NCBI GenBank assembly: GCA_903892035.1
Contig: CAITGV010000002.1
Location: 1,714-65,713, forward strand
DNA: 64,000 nucleotides
Direction: 5' to 3'
DNA from: an uncultured bacterium
GTDB lineage: Bacteria; Patescibacteriota; Minisyncoccia; Phycocordibacterales; UBA9973
A program made the translations under genes and the position numbers. Positions 51,175 through 59,280 of the stretch are shown here, one piece after another (positions within the stretch are counted from its first letter, which is position 1; each line of letters starts with the position of its first letter). The notes beneath the pieces were generated by a model, which was not told the DNA's origin, searched no databases, and saw only the letters and a list, made by a program, of their open reading frames with translations.

Positions 51175-51183
51175 AGTAAATAT

Positions 51184-51218
51184 AGTATACCACTTTTACC
51201 CCCCCCAAAAAAAAAAAA
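51184..51218 (-). promoter_or_regulatory. Extended -10 promoter with upstream T12-G8 homopolymer tract
   Basis: Minus strand TTTTTTTTTTTT GGGGGGGG TAAAAG TGG TATACT, 9 nt before ATG 51174. Confidence 0.6.
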
Positions 51219-51241
51219 TTTATGCAATATTTTCTGTGGAT

Positions 51242-51283
51242 AACAAATAGCGTGGCGGGGTACTCCCCGCCACGCTATTTGTT
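51242..51283. terminator. Long perfect hairpin (19-bp stem), probable terminator
   Basis: AACAAATAGCGTGGCGGGG-TACT-CCCCGCCACGCTATTTGTT. Confidence 0.75.
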
Positions 51284-51306
51284 TTTTTATTTAATATAGA
51301 ATTAAA

Positions 51307-51951
51307 TTATTTCTTTTTAGGAGTTGGTATTACACTAATCATTTTTGCACCAGTGATATTTCCATTTGCATCTTTTGTTCCACCAATAACCATTACATTT
51401 GCACCAACAGCTAAGTCAGACAAACTTGCACCCTTTTTACCAGACATACTTACTTTTGCTTTTGCATCAGGAGTAACTGTAATTGACTTTGATGTAGAAG
51501 TTGCAGTTTTTCCATGACCAGTTCTTTCACTTGTAGAAATTGTAAGTGTGCCATTGTCATTTGCTGTTACAGTACCACGAACAGGTCCCATTGTATTTTT
51601 TGCTAAATCACCACCTTTTGGTGCAGGCATTGAAATGACACGAGTTGCTGAAATATTGTTACCCGAGATTGTTCCTTGAACTGCAATTCTTGCACCAGAT
51701 GTAATATCTGCAGCTGATTTTGTTTTATTACCAACAAACTTTGCATTTGAAGTATCTACTGTATAAGTAGTTGGAGTTTTTCCGATTGTTGTAATTGTAA
51801 TACTTGCTCCACTTATTGCTGTCACATTACCCATTACCATTGGGACGTGATTTTTTGCTATTTGTTGAGTATCTGTCGCAGCGTGTGCAACACCACCCAA
51901 AAACATAAATGACAAAACTAAAAACGAAATTGCTAAATATTTTTTTGACAT
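51307..51951 (-). CDS. Secreted protein with two DUF5666-like OB-fold repeats
   Basis: Signal peptide ending AHA; two G.VTA..G.TLT....DL.VG..V.V.G repeats. Confidence 0.75.
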   Translation of the reverse strand: MSKKYLAISFLVLSFMFLGGVAHAATDTQQIAKNHVPMVMGNVTAISGASITITTIGKTPTTYTVDTSNAKFVGNKTKSAADITSGARIAVQGTISGNNISATRVISMPAPKGGDLAKNTMGPVRGTVTANDNGTLTISTSERTGHGKTATSTSKSITVTPDAKAKVSMSGKKGASLSDLAVGANVMVIGGTKDANGNITGAKMISVIPTPKKK

Positions 51952-52061
51952 ATGATTTTTTTATTTAAAAACTAATAATAAATTTACAAACGATATGTAG
52001 ATTATATCACACACACCATTCTTACATAAACTATACGCACTGTGAATAACTTTTGGTGCAA

Positions 52062-52664
52062 CTATTTTATAGCAAAAACTTTTACACCAGCAGGGCGGAT
52101 TATGCGAGCTTGCCCTGAAGGACTTGAAGGGTCGCCGAGTTTATAACCAGACTGAACAATCACAGCAATAGTATGTTCTTTTTCTTTGTCGTCTGTTTCA
52201 ATAGTCTCCATTGATTGATGTAAATTTGGATCAAAAGTGTCCCCAACTTTTGTTGTCATTTGTGAGACATTGTAGTCAGCTAAAACTTTTAAAATTTGCT
52301 GATGAATATATTCCACACCGATACGCCAATTTTTATCAACTTTCTCCCATGCTTCACGGTTTGAAAAAGCCATATCATACGAATCAAGCGCAGGTAAAAG
52401 ATCTAAAATAAAATTTTCTTCAGCGTAACTACGGACACCTTTCAATCTTTCAGCTTCATCTTTTTTGTAATTTATAAAATCTGCGCGTTCACGCTGAAGT
52501 GCTGTGAGATATTCACCTTCCTTATTTTTTGCTTCTTTTAAATCTTTTCGTACTTTCTTTAGAGTTGCTTTTAAATCTTCTTCACCGTCAGCATTATAGA
52601 CGAATTCAACAACATCTTCTTCTTCTGGAATTATATCTTCAGTTTTTATTTCTTCTTCATTCAT
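52062..52664 (-). CDS. grpE: Nucleotide exchange factor GrpE (with 8-aa insertion)
   Basis: QRERADFINYKK, LLPALD, FDPNLHQ, GYKLG..RIIRPA; start at MNEEEIK. Confidence 0.95.
   Translation of the reverse strand: MNEEEIKTEDIIPEEEDVVEFVYNADGEEDLKATLKKVRKDLKEAKNKEGEYLTALQRERADFINYKKDEAERLKGVRSYAEENFILDLLPALDSYDMAFSNREAWEKVDKNWRIGVEYIHQQILKVLADYNVSQMTTKVGDTFDPNLHQSMETIETDDKEKEHTIAVIVQSGYKLGDPSSPSGQARIIRPAGVKVFAIK
52107..52130 (-). repeat. 24-bp REP-like in-frame insertion in grpE (PSSPSGQA)
   Basis: CCTTCAAGTCCTTCAGGGCAAGCT interrupts the conserved GYxLxDRxIRPA motif. Confidence 0.65.
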
Positions 52665-52699
52665 AACGTGCATTATAGCGGAAATTTACTAAAAAAACA

Positions 52700-52730
52700 A
52701 AAAACTCCTTTCGGAGTTCTCTGCTTTTTG
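52700..52730 (-). terminator. Terminator of ribosomal protein operon
   Basis: AACTCC-TTTC-GGAGTT with A-run on the plus-strand left side. Confidence 0.7.
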
Positions 52731-52732
52731 TT

Positions 52733-53140
52733 TTAACGTTTTGACCACTGTGGGGCTTTGCGGGCTTTCTTGAGACCGAATTTACGGCGTTCTTTTGCTC
52801 GAGGATCACGTTTTAAATAACCAGCTTTTTTAACAACATCGTGAAGTTCTGCATTGAATTCAACAAGACCGCGAGCAATACCGTGTCTTACAGCTTCTGC
52901 TTGTGAGTGAGAACCTCCACCGTTTACATGAACAGTAATTTCAAATTTATCAGAAATTTTTGATTCACTAAAAGGATCATTTATTATTCCCTTTAATTCA
53001 TTTGTTGGAAAATATGCATCGTATTCTTTTTCGTTTATCAAAATACTCATCTTTGTAGATGGAGTCATGCGTACGCGTGCAGTAGAAGTCTTTCTGCGAC
53101 CAACTGTTTCTATATATGAATTTGTTTTCTTTTCTGCCAT
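52733..53140 (-). CDS. rpsI: 30S ribosomal protein S9
   Basis: GRRKTSTARV, RDPRAKERRKFGLKKARKAPQWSKR. Confidence 0.98.
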   Translation of the reverse strand: MAEKKTNSYIETVGRRKTSTARVRMTPSTKMSILINEKEYDAYFPTNELKGIINDPFSESKISDKFEITVHVNGGGSHSQAEAVRHGIARGLVEFNAELHDVVKKAGYLKRDPRAKERRKFGLKKARKAPQWSKR

Positions 53141-53144
53141 ATTA

Positions 53145-53492
53145 TTATTCGCTAACTGTTAAATTTTTCATCATTTTTGCACGCAATTTATTGCTTGGTA
53201 ACATTCCGTAAATTGCTAAATTAAAAATTTCTGCATAACCTTTTTTACCGATTACATGAGCCATTTTTTCTTGAGTAAGTCCGCCTGGGTATCCAGAATA
53301 ACGAGCGTAAGTTTTTGCTCCAAGTTTTTTCTCACTCAATTTTACCTTTGATGCATTTAGTATAGTTACTTGCCCTCCAGTAATTTTATTTTTTTCAAAT
53401 GCAGGTGTATTTTTACCAATCAAAATCTTCGCAGCTTCACTTGCTACACGACCAATAGTTCTTCCTTCTGCATTAATAGTATATTTTGTCAT
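53145..53492 (-). CDS. rplM: 50S ribosomal protein L13 (short)
   Basis: GRVAS..A..L.GK, YSGYPGGL, GMLP. Confidence 0.96.
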   Translation of the reverse strand: MTKYTINAEGRTIGRVASEAAKILIGKNTPAFEKNKITGGQVTILNASKVKLSEKKLGAKTYARYSGYPGGLTQEKMAHVIGKKGYAEIFNLAIYGMLPSNKLRAKMMKNLTVSE

Positions 53493-53495
53493 AAA

Positions 53496-53849
53496 TTAAA
53501 CAAATTCAATTACTGCCATTTTACTTGCATCTGAAAGACGCTTTGGCAACTTTGTAATTCTAATATATCCACCTTTTCGATCCTTGTATTTTGGTGCGAT
53601 TTCATCAAAAAGCTTCTTTGCAACTTCTTTACTGTTCATCATTTGTGCAACAACAAGTTTTCTAGAAGCAATATCTCCAGCCTTTGCTTTAGTAACAAGC
53701 TTTTCTGTATATGGACGAAGTTCTCGTGCTTTCGCATCTGTAGTTGTAATTTTTCCGTGATTGATAAGAGAAAGTGCAAGCGACTTCATCAAAGCGCTTC
53801 TTACATTTTTTTCTCTTCCAAATTTTCTTGTTGAATTATGATGTCTCAT
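53496..53849 (-). CDS. rplQ: 50S ribosomal protein L17
   Basis: MRHH..RKFGR, ITTT.AKARELR, GGYIRI. Confidence 0.98.
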   Translation of the reverse strand: MRHHNSTRKFGREKNVRSALMKSLALSLINHGKITTTDAKARELRPYTEKLVTKAKAGDIASRKLVVAQMMNSKEVAKKLFDEIAPKYKDRKGGYIRITKLPKRLSDASKMAVIEFV

Positions 53850-53850
53850 T

Positions 53851-54828
53851 TTATTTTAGCGTAATGCCATACGCGCCTAATACTTTTTTAATCTCTGCAA
53901 TTCCCTTCTCTCCAATTCCTTCAATCTCAAGAAGATCCTCTTTTTTCTTTCTTGCAATACCACCAACTGTGCGAATGTTTGCACCAGTCAAAGCATTTAA
54001 TGTGCGAGTAGAAAGATCAAGAGTATCAACACGAGTTTTAAGAAAATCTGCAATTTCTTCTGTCTTTGCTCCATCTTTAGAATCTTTTTCAACTTCTTTA
54101 GATGAAGATTTAATTTCTTTTTCAACAACTTCTGCTGGCTTGAAATCAACGATAGCACTCAACTGAGCAATCATTGTTTCGATAGATTTTTCTAGAGCCT
54201 CACGTGCAGAAATAGTTCCATCTGTTTCAATGATCATGCGTAGACGGTTGTGATTTGTTTTATCACCAACACGCATATTTTCAACTTCATAAGAAACACG
54301 ACGGATTGGAGAGAAAATTGCATCAACTGCAATAGTTCCAATATCTACTTTTCCTTTTTGAATATTTTCTTTCGAAACAAAACCAAGGCCTTTTTCGATA
54401 TTGATTTCAATATTTAAGTTCTTTGATTTATCAGTAACTTCTGCGATGTAAAGTTCTGGGTTAAGTACTTCTATTTGACCACCAGCATTTATATCAGCAG
54501 CGGTTACAGACTTCAATCCTTTTATAGAGATAGTTGCAATTTGAGGCTCGTCACTTGTTAATTTGAAACGAACTTTCTTTAAATTTAAAAGAATTGTAAT
54601 AACATCTTCTTTTACTCCGTCCATTGTTGAAAATTCATGTTGCACTCCATCAATTTTAAGTGATGTAATAGCTGCGCCAGAAAGAGATGATAGGATTATA
54701 CGGCGAAGACTGTTACCCAAAGTATGACCATACCCTGGATAAAGGTTATCTATTTCATACACGCCTTTATGCATCTCTTCTGAGACGATACGAGGCTTTG
54801 ATGGTAAAATTATACTATAGTCTGACAT
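53851..54828 (-). CDS. rpoA: RNA polymerase alpha subunit
   Basis: GYGHTLGNSLRRIILSS, DAIFSPI, alpha-CTD LDLSTRTLNAL. Confidence 0.99.
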   Translation of the reverse strand: MSDYSIILPSKPRIVSEEMHKGVYEIDNLYPGYGHTLGNSLRRIILSSLSGAAITSLKIDGVQHEFSTMDGVKEDVITILLNLKKVRFKLTSDEPQIATISIKGLKSVTAADINAGGQIEVLNPELYIAEVTDKSKNLNIEINIEKGLGFVSKENIQKGKVDIGTIAVDAIFSPIRRVSYEVENMRVGDKTNHNRLRMIIETDGTISAREALEKSIETMIAQLSAIVDFKPAEVVEKEIKSSSKEVEKDSKDGAKTEEIADFLKTRVDTLDLSTRTLNALTGANIRTVGGIARKKKEDLLEIEGIGEKGIAEIKKVLGAYGITLK

Positions 54829-54857
54829 ATATATTTATATAAAAATTAATTTTAAAA

Positions 54858-55466
54858 TTATCGACTATAAAACTCTAGCACAGTGTTAAAATCTAAAAAT
54901 CCTTCCTTGTTTTTTGGTTTATCTTTTACTTCTGCTTCCATCTTTTCTGGAGAAACTGAGAGCCAAACTGGAAAAGTGTAATTATTTAATTTCTTTGCTA
55001 AATCTGCAAACATAACACTTCCACGACTTCCTTCTCGAACTGAAATTTTACTTCCTGGCTTGATCGCATATGATGGAACTGTTGTGCGTACTCCATTTAC
55101 CAAAAAGTGTCCATGGGAAACCATTTGTCTTGCTAGAGCGCGTGTATGAGCAAATCCCATTCGGTAAACAGTATTATCTAGTCTTTGTTCCAATGATTCA
55201 AAAAGTGCATCTGCAACAGAACCATTTTTTACCTCAGTAGCTTTCTTTACATAATTTGAAAATTGTTTTTCAGAAACACCGTAAGAAAAACGAATCTTTT
55301 GTTTTTCTACAAGCTGTGATCCGAATTCAGAAAGAGCCTTTGGGCGCTTTCCTCCTACTTTTTTCTTGTGTCGAGCTTCAGATGAAGTAAATTTCGCAGT
55401 CTGGCATTTTTCAAAAACTCCAGATCCTAGGCGACGACATAATTTGAATTTTGGTCCGTGTATCAT
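54858..55466 (-). CDS. rpsD: 30S ribosomal protein S4
   Basis: QLVEKQK, LEQRLDNTVYR, ARQMVSHGH, EFYSR. Confidence 0.98.
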   Translation of the reverse strand: MIHGPKFKLCRRLGSGVFEKCQTAKFTSSEARHKKKVGGKRPKALSEFGSQLVEKQKIRFSYGVSEKQFSNYVKKATEVKNGSVADALFESLEQRLDNTVYRMGFAHTRALARQMVSHGHFLVNGVRTTVPSYAIKPGSKISVREGSRGSVMFADLAKKLNNYTFPVWLSVSPEKMEAEVKDKPKNKEGFLDFNTVLEFYSR

Positions 55467-55479
55467 AAATATTTAAAAA

Positions 55480-55911
55480 TTATACTCTTCGTGGCTTCTT
55501 AGCCTTTGGGCCATTGTGTGGCACAGGTGTTCGATCTTTAATACTTAAAAGTTCAAAACCACGAGCCATAAAAGATCTAATAACTGGCTCACGTCCGCTT
55601 CCAACTCCTTTTACAACAACTTCAACATCTTTGATTCCGATATTTTGAGCTTTTTCACCAATAATATCTCCAACCTTTGATGCAGCAAATGGTGTTCCCT
55701 TTTTAGCCCCACGAAAACCAAGTGAGCCAGCTGAAGACCAAAATATAGCATTACCCATTTTATCTGCCAACACAACCTTAGTATTGTTAAATGTTGCCTC
55801 GATATTTAGAATAGCAGTCGTAACTTTCTTCTTTGGGACCTTTGAAGTTACAACTGGAGCTTTAACTTCATCTTTTGTAACCTCTTCTTTTGTTATTTTT
55901 GTCTTTGCCAT
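55480..55911 (-). CDS. rpsK: 30S ribosomal protein S11
   Basis: TFNNT, GFRGAKKGTPFAA, DRTPVPHNG. Confidence 0.98.
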   Translation of the reverse strand: MAKTKITKEEVTKDEVKAPVVTSKVPKKKVTTAILNIEATFNNTKVVLADKMGNAIFWSSAGSLGFRGAKKGTPFAASKVGDIIGEKAQNIGIKDVEVVVKGVGSGREPVIRSFMARGFELLSIKDRTPVPHNGPKAKKPRRV

Positions 55912-55922
55912 AAATTTAAATT

Positions 55923-56303
55923 TTATTTCTTCTCAACTTTCTTTCTTCCTGATGACATTGTCTTTCGGACATTTCCACGAACTGTACGTGAATTTGTTTT
56001 TGTACGCTGACCTCGTACTGGCATCTTTCTTGTGTGACGTACTCCACGGTAAGCCTTGATATCTTTCAAACGCTTAATGTTTGCAGAAATTTCACGCTTT
56101 AGGTTTCCTTCAATTTTCAATTCTTCAACAATTTTACGAATTTGATTTTCTTCATCTGGAGTAATTTCTTTTGCTTTTTTTGTATATGGGATATTTACTT
56201 CATCTAGTATTTTTCTAGCACGAGAAAGACCAATACCGTAAAGAACGGTTAGGCCGATGTCTAGATGCTTTTCATTTGGTATTGTAATTCCTATGATTCT
56301 CAT
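55923..56303 (-). CDS. rpsM: 30S ribosomal protein S13
   Basis: LYGIG, YRGVRH..MPVRGQRTKTNSRT. Confidence 0.98.
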   Translation of the reverse strand: MRIIGITIPNEKHLDIGLTVLYGIGLSRARKILDEVNIPYTKKAKEITPDEENQIRKIVEELKIEGNLKREISANIKRLKDIKAYRGVRHTRKMPVRGQRTKTNSRTVRGNVRKTMSSGRKKVEKK

Positions 56304-56330
56304 AACTCAATCGTTTTATATAATAAGAAA

Positions 56331-56441
56331 TTATTGCTTTTGCTTATGTTTAGGTGTACTGCAGATAACACGCAAGTGGCCTTTTCTTTTGACCATTTTG
56401 CATTTAGCACATATTTTTCTGACTGCAGCTTTGACTTTCAT
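56331..56441 (-). CDS. rpmJ: 50S ribosomal protein L36 (not in ORF track)
   Basis: Manual translation [36 protein letters not shown], between infA and rpsM. Confidence 0.96.
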   Translation of the reverse strand: MKVKAAVRKICAKCKMVKRKGHLRVICSTPKHKQKQ

Positions 56442-56519
56442 AATAAAATAATAAATTAATATACTCCTTATTTTCAAAGGAATATTTCCTTTTTTTAACT
56501 AAACGCTATCATACACTAT

Positions 56520-56741
56520 TTATAATCTTTTGACAACCCTTCCTTTTCCACCATATGGATCTATCAGGACCATCACCTTATCTCCTACTAAAATCTTGAT
56601 GCGATTCATTCGCATTTTACCAGACAAATATGCCAAAACTTTCTCACCATTATCGAGATCGACTCTAAACAAAGTACTGGGTAGGGCCTCTGTGACCACG
56701 CCAGGTAAAGTCAAATCTTTTTCATTATTTTGGCTATTCAT
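56520..56741 (-). CDS. infA: Translation initiation factor IF-1
   Basis: GVVTEALP, LAYLSGKMRMNRIKILVGDKV. Confidence 0.98.
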   Translation of the reverse strand: MNSQNNEKDLTLPGVVTEALPSTLFRVDLDNGEKVLAYLSGKMRMNRIKILVGDKVMVLIDPYGGKGRVVKRL

Positions 56742-56799
56742 TCTTGTGGTAGTATCTTAACAAATATTTAAAATATAGTCAAATATCTATTGTGGAAAG

Positions 56800-58068
56800 C
56801 TATTTAAGGGTATTAATAATACTGATTTTGGTTGAATTATCTGGAAATGACGACTTCCAAAAAGGACGTATAACCACCTCTGCTTTATCGATATTTTTGA
56901 AATTTGCCATTATGTCTTTGAAATCACTTTTTGGTCTTCCAATCAATGAATCATTGATTTTCGAAATATCTACATTCCAAACTAATTTTGATTGGCCATT
57001 TCCATTAAATACAATTGTATTTAAGTTTATCGGATCAATATTACTTTTATCATTCAAAGAAAAATTAATATCTTTCAAACCATTTAGTGTGACAGGTAGG
57101 TCATCATAGTCAGAAACTTCCTGTTTTGCAATTGCTTGTGTAAGGTCATCTGTATTAAATATTATCACATATAAATCTCCTGTTACTTTTTCTGAAATAT
57201 TTTCATTTGAAGAATTTAAAACTGGGTCTGCAATTATTGGTTTAAAAATAGTAAAATCACTAAAATAAATAAAGTTCTTGGGAAGTTGAGTTCCAATTTG
57301 ATTAGATAATTTTTCTTTTAATTTATCACCTAGTGTTGAAAGTGCAGTTGCACCTTGATCTGGCGTAATTGAATATTGTAATCCTGAAAAACCACCAGAT
57401 ATATCCCCTTTTGATCTAGCATAAAACTTTGAAGCTTTTGCAGTACCCGTAAATGCAGGAAGTATAAAATCTGTAGGTTGTGAATTGTATTCTTCTCCGG
57501 GCGTATCAGCATGCACGGCCACAATAACAGAACCCGGAACGATTTCCTTATTAACAATTGTATATCCTGGAAGAGTTACATTTGCTTCTGTGCGGTAAAT
57601 TTTTCCTGAAGTTGACTGAAGGCGTAAATTTTTGGAAAATTTTTGAACACTTGCGCTATATGCATTATAAAGAATTACACTTCCGCGTGCTGCAGCTGAA
57701 ATTTTTGAACTTTTTACCCCCTGCACGTCAGTAGTTTCTTCTCCTGAAAGTTTCATTATCTGAAAAGACAAACTGCCATCATTAGAATTTAAATTGGCAG
57801 TAAATTCTGTATTCTCAAGAGAAATATCTCTTGTTTTTGGTGTAATTGTAACTTCAGCTTTTGCAAAAATTGCTGAAATAGCAAAAAATAAGGCCAAAAC
57901 ACTAGCTACTGCAAAAACCCAGAGCAGAGGTTTTGGCTTTACTTTATCGTTTACGGGTAAATTATCATCTTCGTTATTATTTTTCTCAAGATCTAAGGTG
58001 AAACTACTCCTTGGAATTTTTTTATCTGTTGAAATATGAATGATGTCAGAAAAATTTTTTTTAGGCAT
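56800..58068 (-). CDS. Bitopic membrane protein with baseplate J/gp47-like extracellular domain
   Basis: One TM helix then AEVTITP, ARGSVILYN, V.A..PGEEYN, ISGG, V.IRPFW..FP. Confidence 0.65.
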   Translation of the reverse strand: MPKKNFSDIIHISTDKKIPRSSFTLDLEKNNNEDDNLPVNDKVKPKPLLWVFAVASVLALFFAISAIFAKAEVTITPKTRDISLENTEFTANLNSNDGSLSFQIMKLSGEETTDVQGVKSSKISAAARGSVILYNAYSASVQKFSKNLRLQSTSGKIYRTEANVTLPGYTIVNKEIVPGSVIVAVHADTPGEEYNSQPTDFILPAFTGTAKASKFYARSKGDISGGFSGLQYSITPDQGATALSTLGDKLKEKLSNQIGTQLPKNFIYFSDFTIFKPIIADPVLNSSNENISEKVTGDLYVIIFNTDDLTQAIAKQEVSDYDDLPVTLNGLKDINFSLNDKSNIDPINLNTIVFNGNGQSKLVWNVDISKINDSLIGRPKSDFKDIMANFKNIDKAEVVIRPFWKSSFPDNSTKISIINTLK

Positions 58069-59257
58069 GGTTTATGTTGTGCATTCTACTAATAAATATT
58101 GACTCAAGAAGCATGAAAGGATCATTGGCATTTTCACAACCTGGAGTACAAAATGAGAGTAAGGTACTTTTATCGGCTGTAACTACTAAAAATTTCTTTT
58201 TTGTTAAAACGTATTGATTGAATTCTTCTTTTGTAATTGTATCTTGAAACCAGCGGACAAGATTCTCCCCTGCTGTAAGAAAAATAGCATCTGGAAGAGT
58301 AAGATTATTTGAAAGGGTAAAAAGAGAATTTTGAAAATGTTTCAACCATTCATTTTTTGCAGGCAACAAAAATTTATCTATTCTTTCTTTCATCCCTGTC
58401 TCAATATTTCCATCTTGATACAATTGCATAAGCGAAACAACTTCATCATTACTCATCTTGAGTCCTGCAACTAACCTTCGTAAAATAAAATTCTTTCCTG
58501 ATGGAAATGAAGTTGAACCCTCCAAAAGGTCATTACGCACAAATGCGATATCGGTAACTTCACTACCAACATCTATAATAAGAAAATCCTTTGTTTCTTT
58601 ATATATGTCTCGAAACACAATAAATGACATAAATACAAAAGAAGAAAAAAATACACTTTTTGCATTTAATGTCTTTTTTATAGTATTTCTTATCCTCTCA
58701 ATCAAAAAAGTTGGACTAACACTTAAAAAAATTGCCAATTCTGCTTTTTTTGCTTTTTTTTCATATGGATCAACATATGAATAGCCATTTAATTTTATTT
58801 GAATAATTTGCTTGTCAATGACCTGTGCACCTCCATCTTTTTCACCTGTATCCAAATTTCTCTCAGTTGCAAATCGTTCAATTTCTTTTTTAACTAAATC
58901 CTCTTCAAATTTTTTTGTATATACAAATGGCACATTTTTTTCAATTTGAATAACTCGAGTTTGAGATACATACCACGGTGAAGCCAATACACAATGAATA
59001 GCATCGGGTGGTGGCAATTTTGCTTTTTCAAAATTTCTAAGCGAAGTCTCCAAGGATTTGACCATCTCTTCCACAAATTCTGAAAAGGAAAGGTTTTCTT
59101 TAAAAGAAAAAGGTGTGCGAGATGAATAAATTACATTTGGTTTGATGTATTTATCGGACTGTTTTAAATTTGTCACAAGCGATGTACCGATACTTCCAGT
59201 ACCAATATGAAAAAGTAAAACAGATTTTTCTTTTTTTGACGACGAAAAAATTCCCAT
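58061..59257 (-). CDS. FtsA/PilM-like actin-fold protein
   Basis: FHIGTGSI, LNGY, IIDVGSEVTDI, SFPSG, FLTAG actin-fold motifs (degenerate). Confidence 0.7.
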   Translation of the reverse strand: MGIFSSSKKEKSVLLFHIGTGSIGTSLVTNLKQSDKYIKPNVIYSSRTPFSFKENLSFSEFVEEMVKSLETSLRNFEKAKLPPPDAIHCVLASPWYVSQTRVIQIEKNVPFVYTKKFEEDLVKKEIERFATERNLDTGEKDGGAQVIDKQIIQIKLNGYSYVDPYEKKAKKAELAIFLSVSPTFLIERIRNTIKKTLNAKSVFFSSFVFMSFIVFRDIYKETKDFLIIDVGSEVTDIAFVRNDLLEGSTSFPSGKNFILRRLVAGLKMSNDEVVSLMQLYQDGNIETGMKERIDKFLLPAKNEWLKHFQNSLFTLSNNLTLPDAIFLTAGENLVRWFQDTITKEEFNQYVLTKKKFLVVTADKSTLLSFCTPGCENANDPFMLLESIFISRMHNINHA

Positions 59258-59280
59258 TTGTTTATTATACTATAAATTTT

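Noticed and set aside
56800-58068. Prophage baseplate gene
   Set aside because: Has a TM anchor and no neighbouring phage genes or integrase
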